From Clostridia bacterium (lineage in GTDB: Bacteria; Bacillota; Clostridia; Acetivibrionales; JAFADI01): a DNA stretch of 64,000 nucleotides. The position numbers were made by a program, and so were the translations under genes. The notes below the pieces were generated by a model. The model was not told the DNA's origin. It searched no databases and saw only the letters and a list, made by a program, of their open reading frames with translations. Location of the stretch: NCBI GenBank assembly GCA_026418695.1, contig JAOAAU010000147.1, positions 20,484-84,483 on the forward strand, in the 5' to 3' direction. Below, in pieces: positions 10,040 through 20,625 of this stretch (positions are counted from its first letter, which is position 1; each line of letters begins with the position of its first letter).

Positions 10040-11022
10040 CCTTCTGACCCCCTTTTTTGATACAGCAATGAAATGCCTTCTTCAATGGGGATGTCTTCAA
10101 TATTAAAATCCTGCACCGGAATCCTTTCGAGAATAATTCTGGAATGCTCCTTAAGCTTCGTTTTATCAACTTCCAATGTAGCACTTAAACCGGTGTACTC
10201 TTTTATCTCACCGAATTCCTTGAGGAGTTTCTCCTCAACCCACTCCGTCAACTGCAGACGGATGATTTTCTTTTTGGTGAAGACCTCGTTTACTTTTGAC
10301 AACTCTCCGTCATAAACCACCTGGCCTTGATTTATAATCACCGTTCTCCTGCACATGTCTTCAATATCGTTCATATAATGGCTGGTTAACAGAATGGTGG
10401 TCTTCGTTTTTTGGTTATAGTACTTTAGAAACTCTCTGATCTTTTTCTGTGAAATGATATCTAGACCTATGGTTGGCTCGTCCAGGAACATTACTTTCGG
10501 TTTGTGAATCAAAGCCGCAATAAGTTCCATCTTCATTCTTTCCCCGAGAGACAGTCTCCTGACCTGAACCTTTAATAAATCCTTAACATCCAGCAATTCA
10601 GATAGCTCACCCAGGGTATGGTTAAACTCATAATCGTTGATTTCATAGATATATTTATTCAAATGTAAAGATTCATTGGCGGGCAAGTCCCACCACAACT
10701 GACTTTTTTGGCCCATTACAATGGAAAAGTTCATTTTGAAGTCCTTCTTCCTCTCCCATGGAACATACCCTAATACCGTAGCAATGCCGCTTGTGGGAAA
10801 AAGGATTCCGGACAGCATTTTCAGCGTAGTGGTTTTCCCTGCCCCATTCGGTCCCAAAAATCCCACAATCTCTCCCTCGTCAATATCAAAAGAGACACCG
10901 CTTACTGCCTCCTTAACCAGCTTTTCTCTGTGAAACAGGTTTTTTAGTGAGCTTTTGAACCCTACATCTTTTTTATAATACGAAAAACTTTTGGATAGCT
11001 GATCCACTTTTATGACTTTCAT
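10036..11022 (-). CDS. ABC exporter ATP-binding protein
   Basis: Walker A GPNGAGKTT, signature LSLGERM, Walker B FLDEPT. Confidence 0.95.
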   Translation of the reverse strand: MKVIKVDQLSKSFSYYKKDVGFKSSLKNLFHREKLVKEAVSGVSFDIDEGEIVGFLGPNGAGKTTTLKMLSGILFPTSGIATVLGYVPWERKKDFKMNFSIVMGQKSQLWWDLPANESLHLNKYIYEINDYEFNHTLGELSELLDVKDLLKVQVRRLSLGERMKMELIAALIHKPKVMFLDEPTIGLDIISQKKIREFLKYYNQKTKTTILLTSHYMNDIEDMCRRTVIINQGQVVYDGELSKVNEVFTKKKIIRLQLTEWVEEKLLKEFGEIKEYTGLSATLEVDKTKLKEHSRIILERIPVQDFNIEDIPIEEGISLLYQKRGSEG

Positions 11023-11067
11023 AGGTTGATCCTCACAACAATGTTATCCTGATTGTATATATTTTTA

Positions 11068-11865
11068 TTACAGGGCTATTCTTTGTCCGGACTCTATTTT
11101 TACCGGCTGTCCGTCTACAGCAATCCATACGGGAATGGAGGACGGGTTGAAGATCATCTTTCGATCCACACTGAACCTCAGATTTTTCATTGCCTTGATA
11201 TAATCCATAATTTCTATATTGGTGGCGTACCAAACGTTTTCATCCAATGAAACCATTTTGCAGAATTCTTCAATTAACTCCCAATTGTTATTCCTCTCAA
11301 ATTCAAAGCTGTGTCCCCAAACATAGAATAGCGGCATTTGATCCCACTCAGATGTATTCTTAAATTTCTTACACTGGTCCAGCAGGTTCTGATCATGGTG
11401 GCAGGTAGGATGCCAGGTCAGGAAATTGTCCGGCAGTCTAAATCCCCCGTGGGACTGGACTGTCCTGGAATACTCAACTCCAAGGAAAGGCAGCGCTTTT
11501 ACCAAATCTTCATTGTAATTCCCAAAAGGGTAAGACATGCCGCGTACAGGATAACCCGCCAGGTCCTCCAGCCTTCTCCTGTCTTCCAGGATCTCCTCGA
11601 TCATTACATCACTCGGTACCATCGTGAGAAACGGATGATTTAATGAATGGGCAGAAATTTCATGTCCTTTAAATAAATCGCCGATTTCAGAGGAATTCAA
11701 AAAGGGTTCCGTATCAAATTTCCCGGAATTCAGATGAAAGGTTCCCTTGATTCCATACTTGTTAAAAACATCTACCAGCCTTCGATCATGAATCTGTCCA
11801 TCATCGTAACTCATGGTCAACGCTTTTCTTTTCCCTTCAGGATAGTAATTGAAAGTGATGTACAT
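11068..11865 (-). CDS. Polysaccharide deacetylase family protein (CE4-like), cytoplasmic
   Basis: Motifs TMSYDDG, HEISAHSLNHP, MSYPFG, FYVWGHSFEF; RBS AGGAG. Confidence 0.88.
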   Translation of the reverse strand: MYITFNYYPEGKRKALTMSYDDGQIHDRRLVDVFNKYGIKGTFHLNSGKFDTEPFLNSSEIGDLFKGHEISAHSLNHPFLTMVPSDVMIEEILEDRRRLEDLAGYPVRGMSYPFGNYNEDLVKALPFLGVEYSRTVQSHGGFRLPDNFLTWHPTCHHDQNLLDQCKKFKNTSEWDQMPLFYVWGHSFEFERNNNWELIEEFCKMVSLDENVWYATNIEIMDYIKAMKNLRFSVDRKMIFNPSSIPVWIAVDGQPVKIESGQRIAL

Positions 11866-11901
11866 CTGCCTCAATCTCCTTTGCATATTTAATACAATAT
11901 T

Positions 11902-13278
11902 TTAGCTGCTTGCTGAACTTTCCTCCAAATTGCGCACGATCAGGGACTTATTCTCCCATACACGAGAGCGCCATCGTACTGAAAAGATAATGGCTCTCAG
12001 CCATTCATCGGATGTGAAGGCAATCCAAACTCCGATCAGGCCCATTCCATAATGAATTCCCAGCACATAGGCAATAGGCACGGCGATCCCCCAGGGAGAC
12101 AGCATCCCCATGAGTACTGGAAACTTCACATCTCCGGATGCTTTCAGGGAACTGATGATTACCAGATTTAGTACCCGACCGGGTTCCAGCAGAATGGCAA
12201 TGGCCAGTAATATACTCCCTGTCCTGATAATATTTGGATTTTGAGTAAATATTCCGAGGAGTGGTTTGGCAAATGCAAAAAGAACAACCGCAATCGCCAC
12301 TGCAATGACTACCCCGATTTTCGAACTTCGCAAACAGGTTTTGTAAGCCTGTTTCGAATCCCCCGCACCAATCAAATGCCCCACCAATATCTGCGTACCC
12401 TGGCCCAAAGACAAACCTGAGATCATAATGAACCACATGATGTTAAAGGTCATCACTCTGGTGGTCAATGCTTCCGTCCCCATTAAAGTGATAATATAGG
12501 TAATGGTCAGCGATGATATCTGGTATGCAAACACTTCTCCTGCCGATGGTGCGCCGATCTTGAGAATGGACCCGATCGTTTCCTTATCAAATGCCAAGAG
12601 TGTTTTCCGGGATATTTTGATTCCCATTTTCTTTATGAGAAGAACAAGCATTGCAATTACGGCAACTGCCTGGCTGATGGAGGTAGAAATCGCAACGCCG
12701 GCTACGCCCATCACAGGAACTCCAAAAAGTCCATAAAGAAAAATACAGTTTCCCAAGGCATTGAGGATGTTCATTCCCAGCACAACAAACATTGCAGCCC
12801 TGGTGCTTCCATGACTTCTCAATATGGCTGAATTCGTTGCAATCAGGGCCTGCAGGAATGAAAATCCTCCGGCGATTCTTAAAAACTGCATTCCATATTC
12901 CATCAATTCTTCAGGGAGGTTGATCATTGTCAGGATTGGTCTGGCAAAAATGATTAATACCAAGCTAAGGAACAGACCAAAAAAGAAATTCAAAATCATA
13001 GCAGATACTGCGGTTGCATTTGCTTTATCCTTCTGTCCTGCGCCCAGATACTGCGAAATGACGATGGTTGTCCCTGTAGACACTACAGAATAAATCACCA
13101 ATACCATGGCAATGATCTGGTTGGTTGCTCCGACAGCAGCTACGGCCTTTTCGGAATAATGGCTCAGCATGAACGTGTCAACGTTCCCCAGGAGCATTCT
13201 CAGCAGCGTCTCAATAAAAATAGGCCATGTCAGCATGAATAAATTGAGTTTTCTTTCTTTTGTGTGTTGAATTTCCAT
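11902..13278 (-). CDS. MATE family efflux transporter
   Basis: About 12 TM; LTWPIFIE...VDTFMLS, SQYLGA, GVAGVAIST motifs. Confidence 0.9.
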   Translation of the reverse strand: MEIQHTKERKLNLFMLTWPIFIETLLRMLLGNVDTFMLSHYSEKAVAAVGATNQIIAMVLVIYSVVSTGTTIVISQYLGAGQKDKANATAVSAMILNFFFGLFLSLVLIIFARPILTMINLPEELMEYGMQFLRIAGGFSFLQALIATNSAILRSHGSTRAAMFVVLGMNILNALGNCIFLYGLFGVPVMGVAGVAISTSISQAVAVIAMLVLLIKKMGIKISRKTLLAFDKETIGSILKIGAPSAGEVFAYQISSLTITYIITLMGTEALTTRVMTFNIMWFIMISGLSLGQGTQILVGHLIGAGDSKQAYKTCLRSSKIGVVIAVAIAVVLFAFAKPLLGIFTQNPNIIRTGSILLAIAILLEPGRVLNLVIISSLKASGDVKFPVLMGMLSPWGIAVPIAYVLGIHYGMGLIGVWIAFTSDEWLRAIIFSVRWRSRVWENKSLIVRNLEESSASS

Positions 13279-13305
13279 TACATTTCCTTTCATAGATATA
13301 ACTGT

Positions 13306-14622
13306 TTATTTGGGTTCGTTTCGAAGCAACCACCAACGCAGTGTCCATAACCCTGTAGACACAATTCTGAATGCAAAGATAATTAAAAAAGTGGTCTGTA
13401 ATGCCGACTTTGTTGAGCCTAAAGCGGAGTAGACCTGAACTCCTATCATGGGCATGACTGCGTTGGAAAATGTCACAAGTACCGTATAAATCGCTATGCT
13501 CAGAGTTTTATTTTTCTCAGGAATGACCTGAAGAAGACACTGCAGGATGTTCAACATGACCGCGGCAAAAGCAAAGTTTGAAAGTGTATTCAGTAAAAGA
13601 AACACCACCGGCCCGGTTTCAGCAGAACAGCTGGTGGCTATAATCATGCTGGCAGGGCAGAAAGCCAATCCCAGATTTCCAAGGATTATTGGGAATCTTA
13701 CACCATACTTTTCATTCATTTGACTCCAAAAGCCAATGGTTAAAAATTGTACTACAGCTCCCCCTATACTGACATAGCTGAGCCAAACCTCATTCAGTTT
13801 GAGATAGGTAACCTGTCCGATATAATACAAGGTCCAGTCTACCTGCCATGTCAGGTAAAAGAACAACGCCACGCCTACAAAACCAAGAAATCTTTTATTA
13901 TGTGCCAAGTCTGTTACAGCTGTTTTCAAATCATGTAAGCGGGTCTTCACCGGGGAATGAACATTTCCTCCGGATATCCTCTTCAATACAAGCGCTTGCA
14001 GGATCAACAGCAAGGAGGCTGCCCAGAAAAAGGTCTGGTGGAACATGATTTTCGTATCGTTTGAATCCGTTGATGAGAGCAGAACCCCCGTCACGATGGG
14101 AGCCAGGATGCTGATCAGAAAGGTTCCCTGAGTACGAAGTGAGAAAGTTCTATTCATGGATTCCTCAGGCACAACATCAGAAAAATAAGCCTGCCAGGAA
14201 GCATTATACATTGTCATCGGAGCAACGGACAAGGCAAGAAGACACAGGAAAGCTATCAAACTGTATTCCTTCATGAACGGTACAAAGCCCAATACAGCAT
14301 AAAAAGCCGCCAGCATAAAAAGGGACAGGGTCACCATGCGCCTTTTATTACTCATGGAATCGGTCAGGATCCCTCCGGGAATCAGCACCAGCATTCCGAC
14401 AAACTGAGGTAGTGCAATGACAAGGCTCAACTGAAAGTCACTGGCATTCATCCTGGATGCAAACAGATTGTTGTTGTTGTTCACCAGGTTGTTTACAAGG
14501 GTAATGAGGATTCCTTCGATGGCAAACAGCAGCATGTTCCGCTCAGTTGTCCCAGTCTCTGTGAGTTTTTCTGTCAATTTGGCAGGTATATTTGATAAAA
14601 TTCCGTTTTTATTCAGTATCAT
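13306..14622 (-). CDS. MFS transporter
   Basis: 438 aa, about 12 hydrophobic segments in two halves. Confidence 0.8.
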   Translation of the reverse strand: MILNKNGILSNIPAKLTEKLTETGTTERNMLLFAIEGILITLVNNLVNNNNNLFASRMNASDFQLSLVIALPQFVGMLVLIPGGILTDSMSNKRRMVTLSLFMLAAFYAVLGFVPFMKEYSLIAFLCLLALSVAPMTMYNASWQAYFSDVVPEESMNRTFSLRTQGTFLISILAPIVTGVLLSSTDSNDTKIMFHQTFFWAASLLLILQALVLKRISGGNVHSPVKTRLHDLKTAVTDLAHNKRFLGFVGVALFFYLTWQVDWTLYYIGQVTYLKLNEVWLSYVSIGGAVVQFLTIGFWSQMNEKYGVRFPIILGNLGLAFCPASMIIATSCSAETGPVVFLLLNTLSNFAFAAVMLNILQCLLQVIPEKNKTLSIAIYTVLVTFSNAVMPMIGVQVYSALGSTKSALQTTFLIIFAFRIVSTGLWTLRWWLLRNEPK

Positions 14623-14835
14623 TTGCCCCGAATCTCCTTTGTCTCCATCCTGTAAAAGTAACGAACATTTCTGAATCCATCATACCATTTGACAGCAAGT
14701 CTGTTCATTGTTGGAATTTTAGAAAAACACCCCGGAAATTTGTATTTTTATACAAAAATAAACCTTTCAAGCCAAACAAACATGAATACTAACCCATAGA
14801 GATACAAATCTGAACCCCCTGGGAGGATAAACAAA

Positions 14836-14860
14836 CATCCATCCGGAGCTCGGATGGATG
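14836..14860. terminator. Hairpin, possibly the terminator of the former MCP gene
   Basis: CATCCATCCG-GAGCT-CGGATGGATG; followed by TTTGTTT on the minus strand. Confidence 0.55.
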
Positions 14861-14969
14861 CAATAAAAGCAGTTCCAAATACTATTTTAAGTTAATTTCA
14901 TTGTTCTTTCATTTCAGTTTTTGCTGTATGTATTACACATTTTGCTATCCGTTTCAAAAACAATACTTT

Positions 14970-15125
14970 TTAATCCACTATAAAGGCATCAATAGACTCA
15001 TTGAGTTCCTTTGCCGTTTCTTCCAACCTGGCTGCAAGATTGGATAGGATTTCCGCTTCTATGATCTGTTCCTCCGTATTGGCGGACACCTCCTGTGTCA
15101 TCGCAGCAGTCTCCTGGGATATAGA
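14970..15125 (-). pseudogene. C-terminal remnant of a methyl-accepting chemotaxis protein
   Basis: The minus frame reads SISQETAAMTQEVSANTEEQIIEAEILSNLAARLEETAKELNESIDAFIVD*, a typical MCP methylation-helix tail. The rest of the gene is absent and the frame runs into the neighbouring terminator. Confidence 0.8.
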
Positions 15126-15127
15126 TA

Positions 15128-15161
15128 GAGGGTGCAATAAGGAATTCCTTATTGCACCCTC
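15128..15161. terminator. Perfect 34-bp palindrome downstream of the solute-binding protein gene
   Basis: GAGGGTGCAATAAGGAA|TTCCTTATTGCACCCTC, 14 bp after the SBP stop. Confidence 0.8.
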
Positions 15162-15175
15162 CGTTGATGATATTT

Positions 15176-16738
15176 TTACTTATTTTTTGCTATGAAGTCA
15201 TTTGCTTGCTTCTGTGCTTCATCAATAACCTTTTTAATACCTGCTTTTTCAAGCGCTGCCTTCACCTTGGGATAATGAGTATCATAGTCAACAACGCCTC
15301 TTGCCAAAGGTTCGCCAAGGTTTTTACCTACCGTATTCAATGCTGCTACCTCTGTCTTAACCGGATCCTGGTTGAAGATCCAACCTACAGTTTTGGAGAT
15401 GACGGCAGAATCATTGAATTCTTTCATCTTCTTCCATTTATCAGGACTTTCATTTGCCCAGAGATAATCAAGGAACTGGTTACCACCCATGGACCACTGA
15501 GCCATTCCTGTATAACCGGAATTCTGAGCGTTTACGCCATCTGCAAAGTCAATCTGATTTTCACCGATCTTCTTATAGTGCTTACCTTCAATACCCCATG
15601 ACATGAGGTTCTTCAGCTTCTTGTTTACGAAAAGCTCATTGATAAACGCCATTGCCTTGTCAGGATTCTTTGCTGTTCTTGGAATTGCCAGCATTGAGTT
15701 TGTGAGGTCGTTGGTGTTTGCAAAAGGTTTAACATCTGCATAGGCATTAAACTGAAGTACTTTGTATCCCAACTGAGCTTCCATTTCTTCCGCTTTACCA
15801 GGCTTCAACTGTTCAGCCCACATAAATGCCTTCTGAGCTTTCTTGATTGGCATACCGTCCTGGATCGTAGCTGAATCCTTATTAATATAACCCTTATTGT
15901 ACCATTCCCTGGACATTTTTACCGCTTCTATGAATTCAGGTTGTTCATATACGTTTACAACTTCCACTTTATCAGCAGATTTCCTCATAGAAACAGGAAC
16001 CTCAACGGAGCAGAGGATTTCATAGAAATTCTGCATGAAATAAACCATCTGGTCGCCTTTTGTGGATAAGAAAGGTACCACGCCTGGTTCCTTCTCTTTG
16101 ATCACCTTGAACATCGGTTCAAAATCTTTAGGTGTTTTTACTGTAGAAAAATCAAAGTTATACTTTTCTGCCAAAGCCTTGTTCACCAGAACGCCGCCTA
16201 CACCGGTCATGTCTTTTGCGGTTGGAATTCCGTAAAGAACGCCGTCAAACTTCGGCGCTTTCAAATATGCGGGATGGATATTGGCAACGATGTCCTTACC
16301 GTGTTTAGCCAAAAGGTCATCCAATGGCTGGAATGCTTTTTGCGCTACATAGTTGGAAAATCCCCACCAGCTTGGTGCAAACATAACATCAATCGGTTCT
16401 CCGGAAGCGATAACAAGTCTTTGTTTGTCTTGGTAGCTGTCCCAGAAGAAATAGTTCAATTTTACAGTTGCGTTGATTTTTGCCTTCAACTCTTTGTTGA
16501 TTTCCTCCTGTACCAAAGGTAAATCTTTTACCTGAGGTGCAAGGAAATAAGCGTTCAACTCTACAGCCTTACCTGCATCTGCAGTATCGGCTTTCTTTTC
16601 AGCTGCAGGTGCTGCAGTTTCTGCTTTCTTTTCTTCAGAAGCAGCTTGTTGTTTTGATCCTCCGCAACCTGCCAGCACAAGTGTGAATACCAGCATCACT
16701 GCCAGAACCAGACTTCCAGTTCTTTTCATTTTGGACAT
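15176..16738 (-). CDS. Sugar ABC transporter solute-binding lipoprotein (LplA-like, DUF3502 tail)
   Basis: Lipobox LAGC, IASGEPID, C-terminal LEKAGIKKVIDEAQKQ. Confidence 0.9.
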   Translation of the reverse strand: MSKMKRTGSLVLAVMLVFTLVLAGCGGSKQQAASEEKKAETAAPAAEKKADTADAGKAVELNAYFLAPQVKDLPLVQEEINKELKAKINATVKLNYFFWDSYQDKQRLVIASGEPIDVMFAPSWWGFSNYVAQKAFQPLDDLLAKHGKDIVANIHPAYLKAPKFDGVLYGIPTAKDMTGVGGVLVNKALAEKYNFDFSTVKTPKDFEPMFKVIKEKEPGVVPFLSTKGDQMVYFMQNFYEILCSVEVPVSMRKSADKVEVVNVYEQPEFIEAVKMSREWYNKGYINKDSATIQDGMPIKKAQKAFMWAEQLKPGKAEEMEAQLGYKVLQFNAYADVKPFANTNDLTNSMLAIPRTAKNPDKAMAFINELFVNKKLKNLMSWGIEGKHYKKIGENQIDFADGVNAQNSGYTGMAQWSMGGNQFLDYLWANESPDKWKKMKEFNDSAVISKTVGWIFNQDPVKTEVAALNTVGKNLGEPLARGVVDYDTHYPKVKAALEKAGIKKVIDEAQKQANDFIAKNK

Positions 16739-16886
16739 AGTAGATCCTCCTTTTAATATTTGTTGTTTTATATTGACCGGTAAAATGGGTGACTTTAACT
16801 AAACCTGCAGTTCTTCTTTCAAAATGCAGGCCATTTTCACTTTTTAGACTTCAGTCCTTGGGTGAGTCACCGCATCGATACCGATA

Positions 16887-17810
16887 TCAACCTTTAACAG
16901 CCCCGATGGTAAGACCTTTGATAAAATATTTCTGGAAGAAGGGGTAGGCAAACACGATCGGCCCAACCCCAAGAATAGCCATGGCCATTCGGAGTGTTTC
17001 TCCAGGGATCTTCATCAGCTCAGCCGACGCATTTCCCATGGAAGCAGCCTGCGAAGATGTCAGGTATTCAATAGATCGCAGCGCCTGGTACATTGAAAAC
17101 TGAATGTTGTAATATTTTGTACTGTTGATGAACAAAAGGCAAAGATACCAATCATTCCAATATGCCAGGACAGAGAACAAGCCAATGGTGGCAATAACCG
17201 GTTTGGACAGAGGGATTACGATCTTGATAAATGTGGCAAATTCGCTTGCGCCGTCTATCTTTGCGGATTCCAGAATGGAATCGGGTAAATTTAAACTGAA
17301 GAAAGTCCTCACGATCAGTACGTTAAATGCGGTTATCAATGCAGGAATAACCAGCATGGCCGGATTGTCCTTCATTTGAAGATATTTGGTATATAAGATA
17401 TACCAAGGCACAAGGCCTCCCTGAAACAGCATGGTAAAGAACATGAAAAAGGCGAAGAAGTTACGGTACTTAAAGCTTTTTCTGGAAATAGGGTACGCAT
17501 ACATCATCGTCAGCAATACACTGAGGATAGTACCAATTACGCATACCGCAATCGTAACACCGTAGGCCGTCAGAATTTTTTCAGGATCATAGAACAGATA
17601 TTTATAAGTGCTAAAATTAATTTCACTTGGAAAGAAGGAATACCCATTTTCAATCAATGAAATCTCGCTTGTAATGGAGACCATAAATATCAAAACCAGC
17701 GGTGCGATACATGCAATACAATAAATAGAAAACAGTATATTGAATATTAAATTGGATGTCTTGGATATTGAATTTGATTCAAAAGTTGATTCTAATGCTT
17801 TGGTGGTCAT
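16887..17810 (-). CDS. Carbohydrate ABC permease (LplC-like)
   Basis: EAA motif ESAKIDGASE; C-terminal FQKYFIKGLTIGAVKG. Confidence 0.92.
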   Translation of the reverse strand: MTTKALESTFESNSISKTSNLIFNILFSIYCIACIAPLVLIFMVSITSEISLIENGYSFFPSEINFSTYKYLFYDPEKILTAYGVTIAVCVIGTILSVLLTMMYAYPISRKSFKYRNFFAFFMFFTMLFQGGLVPWYILYTKYLQMKDNPAMLVIPALITAFNVLIVRTFFSLNLPDSILESAKIDGASEFATFIKIVIPLSKPVIATIGLFSVLAYWNDWYLCLLFINSTKYYNIQFSMYQALRSIEYLTSSQAASMGNASAELMKIPGETLRMAMAILGVGPIVFAYPFFQKYFIKGLTIGAVKG

Positions 17811-17839
17811 AAAATCCTCCCATCTTCGAACGATGCTTT

Positions 17840-18799
17840 TTAAAATATTTTATGCTCTTCACTAATTTTCCCAACGCCCCAGTTTGCCAGCAATACAAGT
17901 ATGAAACCGACAACAGACTGATAAAAACCGGCTGCTGAGGACATTCCAAGGTCTCCGCTGGAAATCAGTGCGTTATAGATGTAGGTGTCAAGAACCCCAG
18001 TAGTCGGCTGTAAAAGTCCCTGCTGCATCGGTACCTGGTAGAACAGGCCGAAATCAGACCTGAAAATATTACCTAATGCCATGAGGGTCGTTACAATCAT
18101 TAGTGGAACTAAAAACGGAATGGTAATCGCTTTTATTTGTTGAATTTTATTTGCACCATCCAGTACCGCCGCTTCATAATATTCCGGATCGATTCCTGTG
18201 ATTCCGGCAAGGTAAAGTACAATTCCATATCCGATATTCTTCCATATATTTACGACAGGGAGAATGAAAGGCCAGTATTCCGGTGCTGTATACCAGTCAA
18301 TCGGCATTAGGTTTAACATTGGCGCAATGGACATATTGTACAATCCATTAGGACTGAGGACGGAATATACCAGGTAGGCTACGACAACCCACGAAAGAAA
18401 ATATGGAAGGAAGATGACGGATTGAAAGAACTTGGCCAGGAATTTGCTTCTTAATTCATTTAGGATCAAAGCTACAGTTACAGCGATTACAAGGTTAAGC
18501 ACAATAAAAGCCAGATTGTATCCAATCGTGTTTCGGGTGATCTCCCATGCATCTTTCGTTTTAAAGAGAAATTCAAAGTTCTGAAGACCGGACCATGGGC
18601 TCTTTAAAAAACCATCCTCATAATTGAAGTTTTTAAATGCGATGATCGCACCAAACATTGGCAGATAATAATTGATAAACACCAGGATAAAAGGCGGCAA
18701 AATCATTAAAAATAATGCCTTGTTGGTAGATAGTTCTTTTAGAAATCCTGACTTGAATTTTATTGGTTTCTTTTCCAATACGGTGTTCATGTTTGACAT
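17840..18799 (-). CDS. Carbohydrate ABC permease (LplB-like)
   Basis: SPWSGLQNF, LPYFLSWVVV, EAA motif YEAAVLDGA. Confidence 0.92.
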   Translation of the reverse strand: MSNMNTVLEKKPIKFKSGFLKELSTNKALFLMILPPFILVFINYYLPMFGAIIAFKNFNYEDGFLKSPWSGLQNFEFLFKTKDAWEITRNTIGYNLAFIVLNLVIAVTVALILNELRSKFLAKFFQSVIFLPYFLSWVVVAYLVYSVLSPNGLYNMSIAPMLNLMPIDWYTAPEYWPFILPVVNIWKNIGYGIVLYLAGITGIDPEYYEAAVLDGANKIQQIKAITIPFLVPLMIVTTLMALGNIFRSDFGLFYQVPMQQGLLQPTTGVLDTYIYNALISSGDLGMSSAAGFYQSVVGFILVLLANWGVGKISEEHKIF

Positions 18800-19049
18800 C
18801 CTTATTCCTTCCCTTTCAATATAAAATCAAATCAATAGACATAAATCTATTGTTAGATGAAGAGATTTCATCATTTTAGTCCTTGATGCTTGTATACACC
18901 ATAAGATTTTTATACGGTTTATTTCATTTTTTCTTGAAAGCAATAAAGAATATACGCATGTTATAGCCCCACTATATGCACGGGTGAAGCTATAACCCTC
19001 CCCCACTGCAATACATTCTTTATTGCTTCCAATTGGTTTCAATTTTAAT

Positions 19050-20354
19050 CTAGTTGGAAGTACCCTTCAGTTTTGCCATATCCTTTACAAATTCATCCGG
19101 GGTCTTTTTTCCGGCAAACAGTTCAGCTACAAGGCTTTTATGTGTTTCAGCCTCGGCAGCCGGTAAAATGGTATCCCACCACCCTACAAAGGAAGTACCT
19201 GTATTCATCAGTTTTCCAGCTTCTTTTGTCAGCGGAGTTATTTTTATGCTGTCTGCTCCATCCGTTTTCCAACAGGGAAGCCCGGCTCCTCGTAAATACC
19301 CTTCCTTCCCGGCTTTTTCACAAATGAATTTTAATGCTGCTACCGCTTCTTCCACATGTTGTGTATTTACATTCACACAGAACCCGTCCACATTCCCCCC
19401 GTAAAATTCTGTTGCAATCCCTTTGCCTCCTTCTATGACCGGAAATGGAACCACAACAATCTGATCCTTTGTTGTGGTTTTTGATTTATCGATGGTAATC
19501 CCTACCCAATTTCCTTGATAAATCATTGCTGCTTTTCCTTCGGTAAACTCGTTGACCATCTCATTGAACCCCAAGCCAAAAGCGTTATCATTGAATGCCT
19601 TTTCCTTGACAAGTTCGGTAAGCTTTTCTGCAGCCTCCCTGAACTGCGGCTGGTCAAATTGGCTTGGCTTCTTCATAGCGTCCATGCAAGCCTGGTTACC
19701 TGCTTGTCTCATCGCCAGAATGTCATACCAATACATCCCCGGCCATCGATCCTTTTCGCCAACGGAAATTGGCGTAATTCCCTTAGCTCTAAGTTTTTTT
19801 ACTGCGTCCAAAAGTTCGTCATAGGTCTCGGGGATCTTTGCTCCAGCCTTTTCAAACAATTCTTTATTACAGTATAAATTCGCTATGAATGTAAGCATCG
19901 GAAGACTGTAAACCCGGCCGTCAAAAGTACACGCCTCGAGGATACCTGGAATCAGTCTGTCTCTTGTACCATCATTCAAATAGGAATCCAGCGGGAGAAT
20001 GTTCCCCTCACTGATATACGGACTTACAAAACTGCCGCCCCACATGTAGAATAAATCCGGAGCTTCCCCTGCGGCTAAAGCCGTCTTGATCTTGGTTTTA
20101 TACGGTTCACCGCTGACACCATCTGCCAAGACCTTAACTTTCGGATTTCTGTCGTTCCAATCCTTGATTGCATTTTTCACTGAATTTGTTGTGGAATCCG
20201 CCTCATTCACCCAATGATGCCACATGGTCAACGTAATTGATTGGGTATCCGTTTTTGTCTTTGAAGGCTTTGTGGTGCTGCCGCAGGCAGCAAGGCTGAA
20301 TACCAAAGCCACAACAATTCCCATTCTCAGGACATTGAAAATGGACTTCTTCAT
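19050..20354 (-). CDS. Sugar-binding lipoprotein (SBP family 1), possible sensing partner of the adjacent two-component system
   Basis: Lipobox LAAC, AAGEAPDLF; located between YesM/N-like genes and the ABC permeases. Confidence 0.85.
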   Translation of the reverse strand: MKKSIFNVLRMGIVVALVFSLAACGSTTKPSKTKTDTQSITLTMWHHWVNEADSTTNSVKNAIKDWNDRNPKVKVLADGVSGEPYKTKIKTALAAGEAPDLFYMWGGSFVSPYISEGNILPLDSYLNDGTRDRLIPGILEACTFDGRVYSLPMLTFIANLYCNKELFEKAGAKIPETYDELLDAVKKLRAKGITPISVGEKDRWPGMYWYDILAMRQAGNQACMDAMKKPSQFDQPQFREAAEKLTELVKEKAFNDNAFGLGFNEMVNEFTEGKAAMIYQGNWVGITIDKSKTTTKDQIVVVPFPVIEGGKGIATEFYGGNVDGFCVNVNTQHVEEAVAALKFICEKAGKEGYLRGAGLPCWKTDGADSIKITPLTKEAGKLMNTGTSFVGWWDTILPAAEAETHKSLVAELFAGKKTPDEFVKDMAKLKGTSN

Positions 20355-20556
20355 TGTTCTGACCTCCTCCGTTTTTTCAGCTTATTCTAATTTTATCAAC
20401 AGTCTGGTTTTTTCTCGATTCATTTTTATTGCATCATCATTCAAAAATTTATCATGAATTATATTGATCTGATTACTTGAAGAAAAAAGAAAAGCGCTTC
20501 CCTAAAATACGGATGTTTGATTTATGTGTCGCTTAAACTGTATTTATGTACTGAAT

Positions 20557-20581
20557 CGCCCTATGTACCACACATAGGGCG
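20557..20581. terminator. Hairpin downstream of the response regulator
   Basis: CGCCCTATGT-ACCAC-ACATAGGGCG. Confidence 0.5.
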
Positions 20582-20625
20582 TCTATTCTGACAGGATACC
20601 ATGAAAAGCATCTGGCTTCAAAGTT

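Noticed and set aside
14460-14500. TTG/AAC triplet run as a phase-variation tract
   Set aside because: In-frame Asn codons (NNNNN) in the first MFS helix region; too short to support slippage.
18827-19042. 71-aa minus-strand ORF
   Set aside because: No RBS or motif; occupies the AT-rich promoter region of the ABC operon.
20489-20502. cre/LacI-type operator (GAAAAGCGCTTCCC)
   Set aside because: Only the AAGCGCTT core matches; flanks do not fit the consensus.
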